Positions 22,390 to 35,077 of a DNA stretch of 64,000 nt are shown here, in pieces. Numbering within the stretch: position 1 is the first letter of the stretch; each line of letters starts with the position of its first letter. The notes under the pieces are model-generated. The model saw only the letters and a program-made list of their open reading frames with translations. It was not told the DNA's origin and did no database searches. The stretch is from the NCBI GenBank assembly GCA_964016885.1, contig OZ024765.1, positions 5,704,001-5,768,000 of the forward strand. The letters run 5' to 3'. Made by a program: the position numbers and the translations under genes. This stretch comes from Eledone cirrhosa. Taxonomy: Eukaryota.

Positions 22390-23436
22390 ATGGAGGACGT
22401 TAAACACTTGGACATTTCTACCAATATAGATACAGTTACACAGACATACAGTGGTGAGAAACCTTTACCTAGTGAAACATGTACAGAACAAGGATCATTA
22501 CACAGACATATTCCTGAATATAGCTGTGAGATTTGTAGGAAAACTTTCTCATCAGAAGATGAATTATCCACACACAAACACATACACACTAAAGATAAAC
22601 GCTTCCACTGTGAAATATGTGGGAAATCCTTTCATAAGAATTCTCAACTTGTGATCCACATACGTAGTCACACTGGAGAGAAACCCTTCCATTGTAAAAT
22701 ATGTGAGAAATCTTTTGCACGTAGCAGTGACTTGTCTAAACACAAAAGAACACACGGTGGAGAGAAACCCTTCCATTGTGAAATATGTGGGAAATCTTTC
22801 TTTGAAAATGTTAGTATTTTACTTCACAAAAGTACACACACTGGAGAAAAACCTTTCAAATGTGAAATATGTGGGAAGTCTTTCAGCCGGAGTCACAATC
22901 TGGTTAGGCATATACGTAGTCACAGTGGGGAAAAACCGTTTCATTGTGAAATATGTGGGATATCTTTCGCTGAGAAAGCTAATCTTGTTAGGCATATACG
23001 TATTCACACTGGAGAAAAACCTTTCCACTGTGAAATATGTGGGAAATCTTTTGCTGATAGTGCCGTTCTTCTTGATCACAAAAGAACACACACAGGTGAG
23101 AGACACTTCCATTGTGAAATATGTGGGAAGGCGTTCGTAAGAAGCAGTGATTTAACTATACATAAAAGAATACACACAGGAGAGAAACCCTATCACTGTG
23201 AAATATGTGGGAAATCTTTTATTAAAAGCAGTTTTTTAACTATTCACAAAAGAACACACACAGGAGAAAAACCCTATCATTGTGAAATATGTGGGAAATC
23301 TTTTCACGTAAGTGGTTATTTGACTACACACAAAAGAACACACACTGGAGAAAAACCCTATCATTGTGAAATGTGTGGGAAATCTTTCACTAGTAACAGT
23401 GAATATAATAAACACAAAAGAACACACACTGGTTAG
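22390..23436 (+). CDS. C2H2 zinc-finger protein ZNF-C (11 fingers, 348 aa)
   Basis: Intact ORF; stops at a TAG replacing the E of TGEKP, followed by a decayed finger (gagatatgtgggaaatct). Confidence 0.93.
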   Translation: MEDVKHLDISTNIDTVTQTYSGEKPLPSETCTEQGSLHRHIPEYSCEICRKTFSSEDELSTHKHIHTKDKRFHCEICGKSFHKNSQLVIHIRSHTGEKPFHCKICEKSFARSSDLSKHKRTHGGEKPFHCEICGKSFFENVSILLHKSTHTGEKPFKCEICGKSFSRSHNLVRHIRSHSGEKPFHCEICGISFAEKANLVRHIRIHTGEKPFHCEICGKSFADSAVLLDHKRTHTGERHFHCEICGKAFVRSSDLTIHKRIHTGEKPYHCEICGKSFIKSSFLTIHKRTHTGEKPYHCEICGKSFHVSGYLTTHKRTHTGEKPYHCEMCGKSFTSNSEYNKHKRTHTG

Positions 23437-23999
23437 AAACCTTTGACACAGTGAGATATGTGGGAAATCTTGTTTTGCTAACAATTAGACACACAGAGGA
23501 AGGAAACTTTTAAACTGTGAAACATGAGACATCCTTCCTCTTACAAATCTAAACTTATTTTCCACCAATATCAAATGTGAATACTTGGCAGTTTGATAGA
23601 CTCCAAACATTGCTGGCCATTTTTACAAATATATTTTCTTTTGCAGTAAAAATCTTTCTCTGATCTATTCTTAATTTTTTTAAATTAATTTTAAATCTAT
23701 GCTAAAAATTTCAGCATTTATTTTGAACACCAACATTTCCTGTTACAGTGTGTGATTGGGGGACCCTCTATCACCTTGGGTAATGTTTTATCTCAGAAAT
23801 TTTAGTGGGTAACACTAACATTCCCTGTTTTATTGTCGGAATGTGTGTGTGTGTCTTTTCCTCCTCTTTTTTTATTGATTTGTTTCTTTTGTAAATATTT
23901 TTTCATAATCAATTCTATAAATTAGGCCTTCATTTTATTTTGATATCTGTTATACATATGTCAACTATATTTTACAAACAGAAGTTATACAATGATGGA

Positions 24000-24420
24000 A
24001 ATATTAAAAAAAGATATCTCTTTGTCAGAAACTTAGCATATACTTTACTGGGGAGGCTTAATGGAGATTTTTCTGTAATTGGAATATTCTCTCTTGTCTT
24101 CGTTTTTGAAAATTGGGATTATCACTCCCAATTGCCATTGCTTAGGTGCCTTTCCAGAGATCCAGGCTACCTGGCACACACGAGTTAGCCTGAGAATACT
24201 TCCTCTATTTTAGGATTTTAACATCTCGGGCTAGATTTTATCTTCCCCAGCAGCTTTGCCACATTTGAGCTCATTAACTTGTGACCCCAGCCTCTGAGAG
24301 GTTAGTTTCAGATGGACCTTGTGTACATCCGAAGATGCTGTGATCAAGTTTAGGAGATCAACAAAGTATTTTCTCTAAAAAGAGGAGAACCCCAGATACC
24401 TTGATAGCAGGTGTGGAGGA
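24000..24420 (-). mobile_element. Old RTE RT N-terminal fragment
   Basis: Minus translation includes KCGKAAGEDKI*PEMLK and LTRVCQVAWISGKAPKQWQLGVIIPIFK. Confidence 0.7.
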
Positions 24421-24492
24421 GGGCTTCTTATTACAAAGACAATTACCGCATGTATACATATATATATATATATATTAATATATATATATATA

Positions 24493-25512
24493 TGTACAAA
24501 AGAGATGTAGCAGGATCTCAGGAAGCTTAATTAAGAATGTAGGCTTCACATGCAGCAGCTGTACTGGGACAGCAAGCAGCAAACAGCCACAGGAAACAAG
24601 TACCACCAATCTCTGGGAGGCTCTGTAGAGACAGTAGACAGCTTCTACTACCTAGGTGACCGAATTAGCAGCGGAGGTGGATGTTCAGAAAGTACAATAA
24701 CTAGGGTAAGAACGGGATGGAAGAAGTTCAGGGAACTACTACCACTGCTAACTGCAAAAGGCTTCTCCCTCAAAATGAAAGGTAGACTGTATGATGCGTG
24801 TCTCCGAACAGCGATGTTGCATGGTAGTGAGACCTGGGCGCTGAAGGTGGAAGACTTACGTAGATTAGAGAGAAACGAAGCCTGCATGCTCCGATGGATG
24901 TGTAATAGTAATATATGCGAAGGACAAAGCATAAATAAATTGAGAGAGAGACTGAGCATAAGAGGAATCAAATGCTGCGTGCAGGAGAGGCGGTTACGCT
25001 GGTATGGACATGTGATGCATATGAAGGATGACAGCTGCATAAAAAGGTGCAGAGCACTAGAACTGGATGGAAACCGCAGAGTGGGGAGACCCAAGATGAC
25101 CTGGGATGAGGTGATAAAAGCTGACCTTACCCAACTACACCTCTCAAAGGCGATGACACATAACCGTGACCTCTGGCGTCACGCAGTAATACAGAGTAAC
25201 CGACCTCCCATGGGTACAAGCTGAAGCATATAGACAATATGCTCCCACTGCAAGGTGGTCGTGGAGGTGCCACGGCAAAAAAGCACCCAGTCCACACTGT
25301 AAAGTGGACGTGTAGGCGCCACGAAAAAGCACCCAGCACTCACTGTAAATGAGGTTGATGTTAGGAAGGGCATCCAGCTGTAGAAATCAAGCCAAATCAG
25401 TTCCTGTATGAGCAAGGCATGGTCAGCCAACCAGACACTGCCCACAACAGGACAACCCGTCTAACCCATGCTAGCGTGGAAGAACGGTCGTAAAACGGTG
25501 ATGATGATGATA
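24493..25512 (+). mobile_element. RTE LINE 3' portion (sister subfamily) with (GAT)n tail
   Basis: ORF 24550-25224 homologous to the C-terminus of 16304-18433; distinct 3' UTR. Confidence 0.9.
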
Positions 25513-25531
25513 TATATATGTATATATATAT

Positions 25532-26322
25532 ATTCTCCCTAAAAATGAAAGGCAGGCTGTACGATGCCTGCATACGAACAGCAATGTTGCATGGCAGTGA
25601 GACCTGGGCATTGTGTGCAGAGGATATACGCAGACTAGAGAGAAACGAAGCTTGCATGCTCCGCTGGATGTGCAATAGTAATATACGTGAACGACAAAGC
25701 ATAAACGAACTAAGGAAAAAATTAGAAATAAGAGGGATCAGATGTTGTTTACTAGAGAGAAGGCTACGTTGGTATGGTCACGTGATGCGCATGAAGGATG
25801 ATAGCTGTATAACAAAGTGCAGGGCAATAAAGATAGACGGTAGCCACAGAATAGGCAGACCCAGAAAAACCTGGGACGAGCTGATAAACTCCGACCTCAC
25901 ACACTTACACCTCACCAAGACAATGTCACTGGACCGAGACCTTTGGCGGTACTCAGTAATAGAGAAGACCCGCCTTGCCAGTAGGCATCTCTAACAAAAT
26001 ACACCACACCACCCCGTTCTATGTAAAGTTATGTTGGTGCCGCGCCATCCAGGCCGAAACAAATGAGATCGTGTAGGTGTCACGACAAAAAAACACACAG
26101 TCCACGCTGTAATGTGGCCGTGTAGGCAACACGGTAAAAACCTCCCAGACCCACACTGTAAATGTGGTTGGTGTTAGGAAGGGCATCCAACTGTAGAAAA
26201 CCTGCCAGACAGTCCTATGCGAGCAAGAAAATCACTCTTGCCTCAAGTGGGACTACCCCCGTCCAAACCCATGCAAGCGTAGAACACGGACGTTAAACGT
26301 TGATGATGATGATGATGATGAT
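25532..26322 (+). mobile_element. 5'-truncated RTE copy, near-identical to the 15958-16770 portion, with (GAT)n tail
   Basis: ORF 25518-25994 ends EKTRLASRHL*, same 3' UTR. Confidence 0.92.
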
Positions 26323-26486
26323 GTATTCCACCTCACTCATCTTGAAGCTATTGAAGAGATAAGACACTCTATTCTGAAAGGCTAAAATGAATCACTAGAG
26401 TTGATTTGGCTTCGTTCCAGTCATCCATCCATACAAATTTTATGAAGGTATTTCAGCTCCCACAACACATTTACTTTGTTATTCTC

Positions 26487-26715
26487 CTACCATGCTGACT
26501 CTGTCTATTTTCCCTCTACCATGCTGACTCTGTCTATTTTCCCTCTACCATGCTGACTCTGTCTCTGTCTATTTTCCCTCTACCATGCTGACTCTGTCTC
26601 TGTCTATTTTCCCTCTACCATGCTGACTCTGTCTCTGTCTATTTTCCCTCTACCATGCTGACTCTGTCTCTGTCTATTTTCCCTCTACCATGCTGACTCT
26701 GTCTCTGTCTATTTT
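26487..26715. repeat. 29/35-bp minisatellite lying between ~105-bp direct repeats (26325-26429, 26987-27091)
   Basis: ctaccatgctgactctgtct(ctgtct)attttccct x7; SINE tail at ~26770-26832. Confidence 0.85.
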
Positions 26716-27338
26716 TCCATCAAAGGCTACAGGCCATGGCTGGCTATTATTATTAATATTATTGTTATTAAAATAAAGTACCAGTAATGCACTGGGTAAT
26801 TGCTGGCCTTGTGCCAAAAGTAGAAACAATTATTAATATTATTGTTGATGTATTCTATCGGCTACTTTGCCATGCGGCAACCCTCTCTCTATGATGGCTA
26901 CCCTCTCTCTATCTCTCTCTCTATGATGGCTACCCTCTCTCTATCTATCCCTAAGCCACCCATTACCTCCCGTTCCCTCTTCACACATTCCACCTCACTC
27001 ATCTTGAAGCTATTGAAGAGATAAGACACTCTATTCTGAAAGGCTAAAATGAATCACTAGAGTTGATTTGGCTTTGTTCCAGTCATCCATCTTGACGGCG
27101 ACCCTCTCTCCCTACCTCACAATTTCCCTCCCACCACCATAGCCTATTCGACTAATCAAACCTCAGCATGCCATTTCTTCTACTACTACTACCTAACTAA
27201 CTCTCTCCTCCCCTGTCCCAGCCCAGCACACCCTGCCATTATCCCACCACCACTGTTCTTCTAGCCCTGAATTTTCCTACTGTTATGGATGGATGAGCTG
27301 AGAATAAATTTGAACAACTCTGAATTAATAGATGAAAT

Positions 27339-28900
27339 ATGAATCTGCGAGCTACCAAGCACCCATGTGAAGTGCCAATCCAGAGACCCTTCCCTACGAG
27401 TGTCGACAAAGGCCCAAAACTCCGAGTTGGTACCATCAATGTAAGCACAATGAAAGGAATCGTAGAAATCGTAGAAATCGTAGAAATGCTAGAGCGAAAA
27501 GAAATTGATGTATGCTGTGTGCAAGAGACTAGATGGAGAGGAGAGTCTGCTAGAGTCCTTGTAGGAAAAAGTCGGTGCTACAAATTTTTCTGGGTGGGAA
27601 ATGACGATGGGATGGGTGGTGTAGGTATACTACTAGCTGACAAGTGGGTAGATAAAGTAATCTCAGTGTACAGGGTAAATGCAAGAATCATTAAAACAAT
27701 TACCACAATAATATCAGCTTACGCACCCCAATCGGGGTTGCCAGACGAACTTAAGGATAGGTTTTATGAGTCCCTAATGCACACTACTGCTCTAACAAAC
27801 GACAATGACTTCCTAATCATCACAGGAGATTTTAACGGACACGTAGGTAAACACTGCGACGGCTTCGATAGAGTCCATGGAGGCCATGGGGTTGGCACAA
27901 GAAATGAGGAAGGATACAGACTTCTAGAATTCTGCGACGCCAATGACATGTCGATATGTAACACAAACTTCAAAAAACCCGACAACCACCTGATCACCTA
28001 TAGATCAGGCGAGCACTCTAGTCAGATAGATTTTATCCTCATCAGAGGACGGTCGTAAACACAAAAGCCTTCCCTAGTGAGGAATGTACATCCCAACATA
28101 GCTTGGTTGTCAGCGACCTCACAGTCAGAACTAGACAAACCTGGAGAAGAAAGATCTGGAAGCTGAAAGACCCCCTCAACCAGTAACAGATTTAAAGATA
28201 TTTTACTCAACGCCTACGACAGTAAAGAAGAACAGATAGAGACATTCAATGTAGAAGAGAACTGGGAGTTCCTAAAAAATAACTTACTAGAGGCGATGGA
28301 TGAGGCCTGTGGCTGGAGTAAGACCTCAAGCAGGAGGAGAGTGACTTGGTGGGGGAACAATAAGGTAGATGAGGCAGTTAAGGCCAAGAGACAGGCATGG
28401 AAAGAATGGAAGAACGGGGGGAGCAGGGTACATTACATAGAGACCAAGAGGGAAGCTAGGCGACAAGTATACTTAGCTAGGAGGGAAGCAGAGGATAGAA
28501 AATTCAAGCATGTTTTGCAACGTGAGAACCAGAAACAGGAGGTGTTCAAGATTGCGAGGCAGTGTGTCAGAGAGAATTGTGATGTCATTGGAGAGAAGTG
28601 TATCCGGAATGATAAAGGTGAGCTTACCCTCACAAGTGTTGAGAAGAAAGATGCATGGAAGAGTCATTATGATAGATTACTATGATAGTATCGGTAGAGG
28701 GTCGGACGCCATGCTTTCCAGCATAGTTACGTCCCTTTATGATCTGAGTTCAAATCCCGCCGAGGTTGACTTTGCCTTTCATCCTCACGGGGTCGATAAA
28801 ATAAAGTACCAGTAATGCACTGGGTAATTGCTGGCCTTGTGCCTAAAGTAGAAACAATTATGATAGATTACTAAATGAGGAGAATGCATGGGAAGAACTA
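27339..28900 (+). mobile_element. RTE LINE 5' part: AP endonuclease and linker, frameshifted, 3'-deleted
   Basis: GTINV, CVQETRW, SAYAPQ, GDFNGHVG, SQIDFIL; later RRVTWW...HYDRLL|NEENAWEE. Confidence 0.9.
28683..28856 (+). mobile_element. Full-length tRNA-derived SINE with 17-bp TSD
   Basis: TSD attatgatagattacta at 28666-28682 and 28857-28873; B box gagttcaaatcc. Confidence 0.92.
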
Positions 28901-29349
28901 TCCTCTTGCATTATCTACGTTAACTGCCGATGTATTTTAATTTTAATTTTGCTTTGATTCTGTTTTAATATGATTTTAATTTTTGAATTTAAATTGCCAT
29001 TCAAAAATAATATAATGGATGTCACCCCACTGTGCATCAATATATACATATGTATCTGTATGTCTCTTGTGTTGGAAAGGAGGTCATGTATGTAAACAAA
29101 CATTGAAAAATGGTCCAAGGTTTGGATGAAAAAATTGTAAGCAAATAAATGGTTTGAACAGAACTTTGATTCCTGTGAATTCTATATAACTACTCTGTAG
29201 AACAACTGATGTTATTACATTGAGCTGTTTATCTTACTGGTAATAAGGTAGTAATACATTAGTCTTTCACTGTTTAGGGTTTAAAATATATATAACTATA
29301 AAAAGTTTTAGTATATACATAACCATAAATAGTATCCTTAATACTACTG

Positions 29350-29510
<161 letters not shown>

Positions 29511-29519
29511 ATTACACTA

Positions 29520-31711
29520 GAGATTTATTAGCAACAGGGGCATAGATGACCATAACATTACATGACAGATTTATTAGCCACAGGGGCAGAGATGTCCATA
29601 ACATTACATGACAGAATTATTAGCCACAGGGGCAGATATGTCCATAACATTACATGGCATTATTAGCCACAGGGGCAGAGATGACCATAACATTACATGA
29701 CAGAATTATTAGCCACAGGGGCAGAGATGACCATAACATTACATGACAGAATTATTAGCCACAGGGGCAGAGATGTCCATAACATTACATGACAGATTTA
29801 TTAGCCACAGGGGCAGAGATGTCCATAACATTACATGACAGATTTATTAGCCACAGGGGCAGAGATGTCCATAACATTACATGACAGATTTATTAGCCAC
29901 AGGGGCAGAGATGTCCATAACATTACATGACAGAATTATTAGCCACAGGGGCAGAGATGTCCATAACATTACATGACAGAATTATTAGCCACAGGGGCAG
30001 AGATGTCCATAACATTACATGACAGAATTATTAGCCACAGGGGCAGAGATGTCCATAACATTACATGACAGATTTATTAGCCACAGGGGCAGAGATGTCC
30101 ATAACATTACATGACAGAATTATTAGCCACAGGGGCAGAGATGACCATAACATTACATGACAGATTTATTAGCCACAGGGGCAGAGATGTCCATAACATT
30201 ACATGACAGTATTATTAGCCACAGGGGCAGAGATGACCATAACATTACATGACAGATTTATTAGCCACAGGGGCAGAGATGTCCATAACATTACATGACA
30301 GATTTATTAGCCACAGGGGCAGAGATGTCCATAACATTACATGACAGAATTATTAGCCACAGGGGCAGATATGTCCATAACATTACATGACAGTATTAGC
30401 CACAGGGGCAGAGATGTCCATAACATTACATGACAGAATTATTAGCCACAGGGGCAGAGATGACCATAACATTACATGACAGATTTATTAGCCACAGGGG
30501 CAGAGATGTCCATAACATTACATGACAGTATTAGCCACAGGGGCAGAGATGTCCATAACATTACATGACAGAATTATTAGCCACAGAGGCAGAGATGACC
30601 ATAACATTACATGACAGATTTATTAGCCACAGGGCAGAGATGTCCATAACATTACATGACAGATTTATTAGCCACAGGGGCAGAGATGTCCATAACATTA
30701 CATGACAGAATTATTAGCCACAGGGGCAGATATGTCCATAACATTACATGACAGTATTAGCCACAGGGGCAGAGATGTCCATAACATTACATGACAGAAT
30801 TATTAGCCACAGGGGCAGAGATGACCATAACATTACATGACAGATTTATTAGCCACAGGGGCAGAGATGTCCATAACATTACATGACAGATTTATTAGCC
30901 ACAGGGGCAGAGATGTCCATAACATTACATGACAGAATTATTAGCCACAGGGGCAGATATGTCCATAACATTACATGACAGTATTAGCCACAGGGGCAGA
31001 GATGTCCATAACATTACATGACAGAATTATTAGCCACAGGGGCAGAGATGACCATAACATTACATGACAGAATTATTAGCCACAGGGTCAGAGATGTCCA
31101 TAACATTACATGACAGTATTAGCCACAGGGGCAGAGATGTCCATAACATTACATGACAGAATTATTAGCCACAGGGGCAGAGATGACCATAACATTACAT
31201 GACAGAATTATTAGCCACAGGGTCAGAGATGTCCATAACATTACATGACAGAATTATTAGCCACAGGGGCAAAGATGTCCATAACATTACATGACAGTAT
31301 TAGCCACAGGGGCAGAGATGTCCATAACATTACATGACAGAATTATTAGCCACAGGGGCAAAGATGTCCATAACATTACATGACAGAATTATTAGCCACA
31401 GGGGCAGAGATGTCCATAACATTACATGACATTATTAGCCACAGGGGCAGAGATGACCATAACATTACATGACAGATTTATTAGCCACAGGGGCAGAGAT
31501 GTCCATAACATTACATGACAGAATTATTAGCCACAGGGGCAGAGATGTCCATAACATTACATGACAGAATTATTAGCCACAGGGGCAGAGATGTCCATAA
31601 CATTACATGACAGAATTATTAGCCACAGGGGCAGAGATGCCCATAACATTACATGACAGAATTATTAGCCACAGGGGCAGAGATGCCCATAACATTACAT
31701 GACAATATTAG
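29520..31711. repeat. 46-bp satellite, ~47 units
   Basis: ttattagccacaggggcagagatgtccataacattacatgacagaa repeated head-to-tail. Confidence 0.95.
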
Positions 31712-32639
31712 CCCTTTAGCCTAGTGGTAAGTATAAGAGCCGGTGGAGGTCCAGGTCCGGGGTTCAATCACTGGCAGTGTGTCGTATTATATTTTTTATA
31801 GTATGAAACAAAAATAAAAAAGTAACTTTATAAATATTAATTTTCACACTGTTTTTATATCTGTCTCCGTGGCCTAATGGTAGGTATTAGAGACGGTGGA
31901 GAAACTGCTCTGGGTTTCGATTTCAGTCAAAGTCTATAATAATAATTTCATTTTTTACTTTACTAGAGAAAAATTTAAATTTAAAAATATATAGTACAGA
32001 TTCGGACTGAGATTGAACACCACATCAGTGTCTACATAGTCTCTAACACCTACCAAACAGATACAAGAACATAAGAAAAAATTAATATTTATAAACCTAC
32101 TTTCAATTTCCAAGCAAAATAGATGTGTTGGCGTTCATGGCTTTCTCATTGTTATTTCTACTATAATCGGGTCAATGTTTACATTTATTCTTCTGGGGCT
32201 TTCATAAAATATATTTTCACTTTCTTTCGGGTTTATTAGATCCTACAACCAGATGATCTACAGGGACCTTCTTCGTGGTCATAGCTGATTATTAAATATA
32301 TACGGGAGAGTGTGTGTGTGTGTGTGTATTAGATCATGCCGTGATGTACTCAGCAATAATGGTTTTCAATTCCGTCGTCCCTCCATCCTTGGTGTGTATA
32401 TAAATATATATGTGATTTTAACGTACAACGGCGACAATATATAAATCTGTTTCGTTTGATAATAATTAGATAAAGCTAATTCTACAACCCCTGTTAAACA
32501 TTGAAACCACGACTATAAAATATAGCAACAACCACGACATAACAGTCTCTGGTTAAATATGATTTAATGAAATTATTGCTAGAGATTGATCCCTAATAAT
32601 TTATCTCACTCCTTAACCAGGGAGGAAAGGTCCTCAGAC

Positions 32640-32760
32640 TCGGACAATGTTGATAAGGAGAGCAGAGTGTATCCTTATTTGTCACGTCTTTCCAGTTGTC
32701 ACGGTATATAAAAGGCAGTAGTACTAGTCACTCCTGCGAAAGACGTTGTCAGTTAGCCTT
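32640..32760 (+). promoter_or_regulatory. Pol II promoter-like site (one per unit)
   Basis: GATA motif, two TTGTCACG motifs, TATATAAAAGG at 32705, downstream TCACT/TCAGTT Inr-like hexamers. Confidence 0.4.
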
Positions 32761-33149
32761 CTGTAACGAGAGAAGAAGGTCGTGGCTTTTTTTCCTCCCT
32801 ATCGCATAATTCATACATTTGTCATCCTTTAGATATCAATATACAAGAGAAAGAAGAAAATTGAGAACTTCGGTCTTTTAAAAGTAACATTTATTACATT
32901 AGAGCAAAATCTTGCATTAACAATATTTTGTGAGACTAAACATGGAATGGACAAAGAGATTATTAGAAGAAGGGCAATTGTCTCTATCTTAAACGTCAAT
33001 ACATTCTACAGAAAATCGAAATGAGAATAATTACAGAGATACTTTACAAAATGTTTCGCGATATGGTTCAAGTTATTTTGTAGTAATATGCAGCTATATT
33101 TATACATGTCTCTTATACCCCTCCACGAGGAATTGTGAATATGTATGAA

Positions 33150-33615
33150 TATGATTTTAAAGATGGCTAAACATGTTGAAGAAAAAAAAGGAATTCAGAT
33201 GATAGGAATAATAAAACATTCCTTTGCCAAGCTAAATGTCGAGAGGTCTAAAACACTAGTTGAATGATATGTGTGATACGACCTAGAATATTGTTTTGGG
33301 GCATGGTCAGACGACTTCAGAAAATACGGAGAAGCTATTGAAGGAATCCAGAAAAGAACAAAACAGAAAACACCAGAATTATTAAGAAATCTGTCTTCTG
33401 AAGAAAGATGTTAAACTTTAGGGATTGCAAATTTAGAGGAGATAAATCTAAGAGGGTGTGGGGGGGGGGGGGGGGACATGATAGAAATATATATTTAAAG
33501 GACTAATATTTAAATAGTAGTACACTATTCCAATGTAAAGCTCTGAATAACTATATCTTTCGGGGAGATATATCAAACGAGTGACATGATAGAAATATTT
33601 AAAATAATGAAAAGA
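33150..33615 (+). mobile_element. CR1-type LINE 3' remnant (one per unit)
   Basis: IGIIKHSF...LEYCFGAWS...AIEGIQKR...NLSSEER..LG...RG.GDMIEI matches the CR1 C-terminal consensus pattern. Confidence 0.75.
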
Positions 33616-33710
33616 CAACAATATACAGTATTGCAGAAGTAAATGAAAATATAAGAAGACATCACCATTGAACTGCAGATGAAAGTCAGTACTCTTTACA
33701 TTTATCCCAG

Positions 33711-33826
33711 GTATATAGAAAGCTATCCTGATGTCCACTGATTGAAATATAAAACAATAAAGAAACACCACAATCCAGTAAACCTTAGTAATAATCCAAT
33801 TAAGCCGCCATTTACAGTAGAAAATG
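33711..33826 (+). other. Exon-like segment A (per unit; duplicated in units 2 and 4)
   Basis: tttatcccAG| ... |GTaaga; YIESYPDVH*LKYKTIKKHHNPVNLSNNPIKPPFTVENG. Confidence 0.45.
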
Positions 33827-34002
33827 GTAAGAAAAACAAAGTCACACTCAGAAGTTAATGCAGTGAAAACAATAAAAATATTATTAATATCATTTCATAT
33901 TATCATTAAATTGTTTGTCTATTTTTATTGTAAACATAAAATATACTAATATATATATACATTCATACATATACATCGATACATTCTGTGAGTATGTCTT
34001 AC

Positions 34003-34140
34003 TTAGGCAAAAGTCAAGTAATTTGCGGGGAGGAACCAATCCGTTAAATTGATCCCAGTACATGACTGGTACTATAAGTTATATGCTCCAAAATCATAAA
34101 ATTATGGGTTAATCTAAACACTGAGAACACAAAGGTGGGG
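34003..34140 (-). mobile_element. Old SINE remnant (per unit)
   Basis: ggcaaaagtcaagtaatt...gatcccagtacatgactggtact resembles the SINE core. Confidence 0.5.
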
Positions 34141-34760
34141 TAAAATTATTTAAAAATTGAGGTTTTAATATTTTATCTTTTATTTACAAATTATATGTCT
34201 TGGTGTCATATTTAAGGATATAATGTAGTTATTGGTGGAAATAATATAATATGTGATGAAGAGGTGTATATAACTGTGGATATAGAATTGTTTTAATCAT
34301 TATTTTTAACGGACGAAAAAACTACATAATGACTTCTAGTCGGAGTTACGGCAAAGACCCTCCATGAAGGTTGAAATATTACACATTATCTATATATAGG
34401 AATCGGGCTAAACAATTTACGGGCACGTCGCTCTAAGTTGGAATATTTTTCACACACACAGACACGGGAGTTAGGTATGGCATATTTCAAATAAGAGAAC
34501 ATTATTACAGACGGAGTCATTGTAGGTTCAAATCATTGTTAGACCGATCAGAAAGAAAATGGATATTTAATTGATGAAAAAACCTGAAGTGTGAAAGACA
34601 GAGTCGACCCTTTCTAGTAACAACACTAAGAAACCCATGAACGCCACCACGTCCTAAATCTAACTCTGCGATCGTCATATCAAATCGAAATACTTCACCA
34701 ACTGTGGAAGATGAAGGATTGAAGAACTATGATATATAGCGAAGAGGCTTGTCTCCAGAA

Positions 34761-35077
34761 CAAGGGTTGCCAAATATTTTGGCGTCATTGCCCACATTCA
34801 CATGAAAAAATGTTCCACCAGCCACCTGTATAGTAAATATTCCAAAGTATACCAAATATGTTTCGTAAATGTTTGTTCCTGGTTTAATTTTCCCAATTAG
34901 CTTCCTGATTTTTATTCAGGTTCTTTGCATATATTCCTTGAATAGGTTTTCGGGTAGCATACCTTCTTAAATCTCAAAATTCTATATCGGCCACCAAAGT
35001 TTCCAATGGCCCTCAATTTTCTGTTCAGCTGCTCATCGCCCACCCAACAGTTGAAACCGCCCAGTTGAGGAACCCCT
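34761..35077. mobile_element. hAT-like MITE (per unit)
   Basis: Ends caagggttgccaaa / gttgaggaacccctg resemble CAGGGGTT.CCAA hAT TIRs; imperfect TSD-like gtgtaagc/gggtaagc in units 5-7. Confidence 0.45.

Noticed and set aside
29520-31711. 46-bp and 88-bp arrays as CRISPR
   Set aside because: No unique spacers, no cas genes, eukaryotic context
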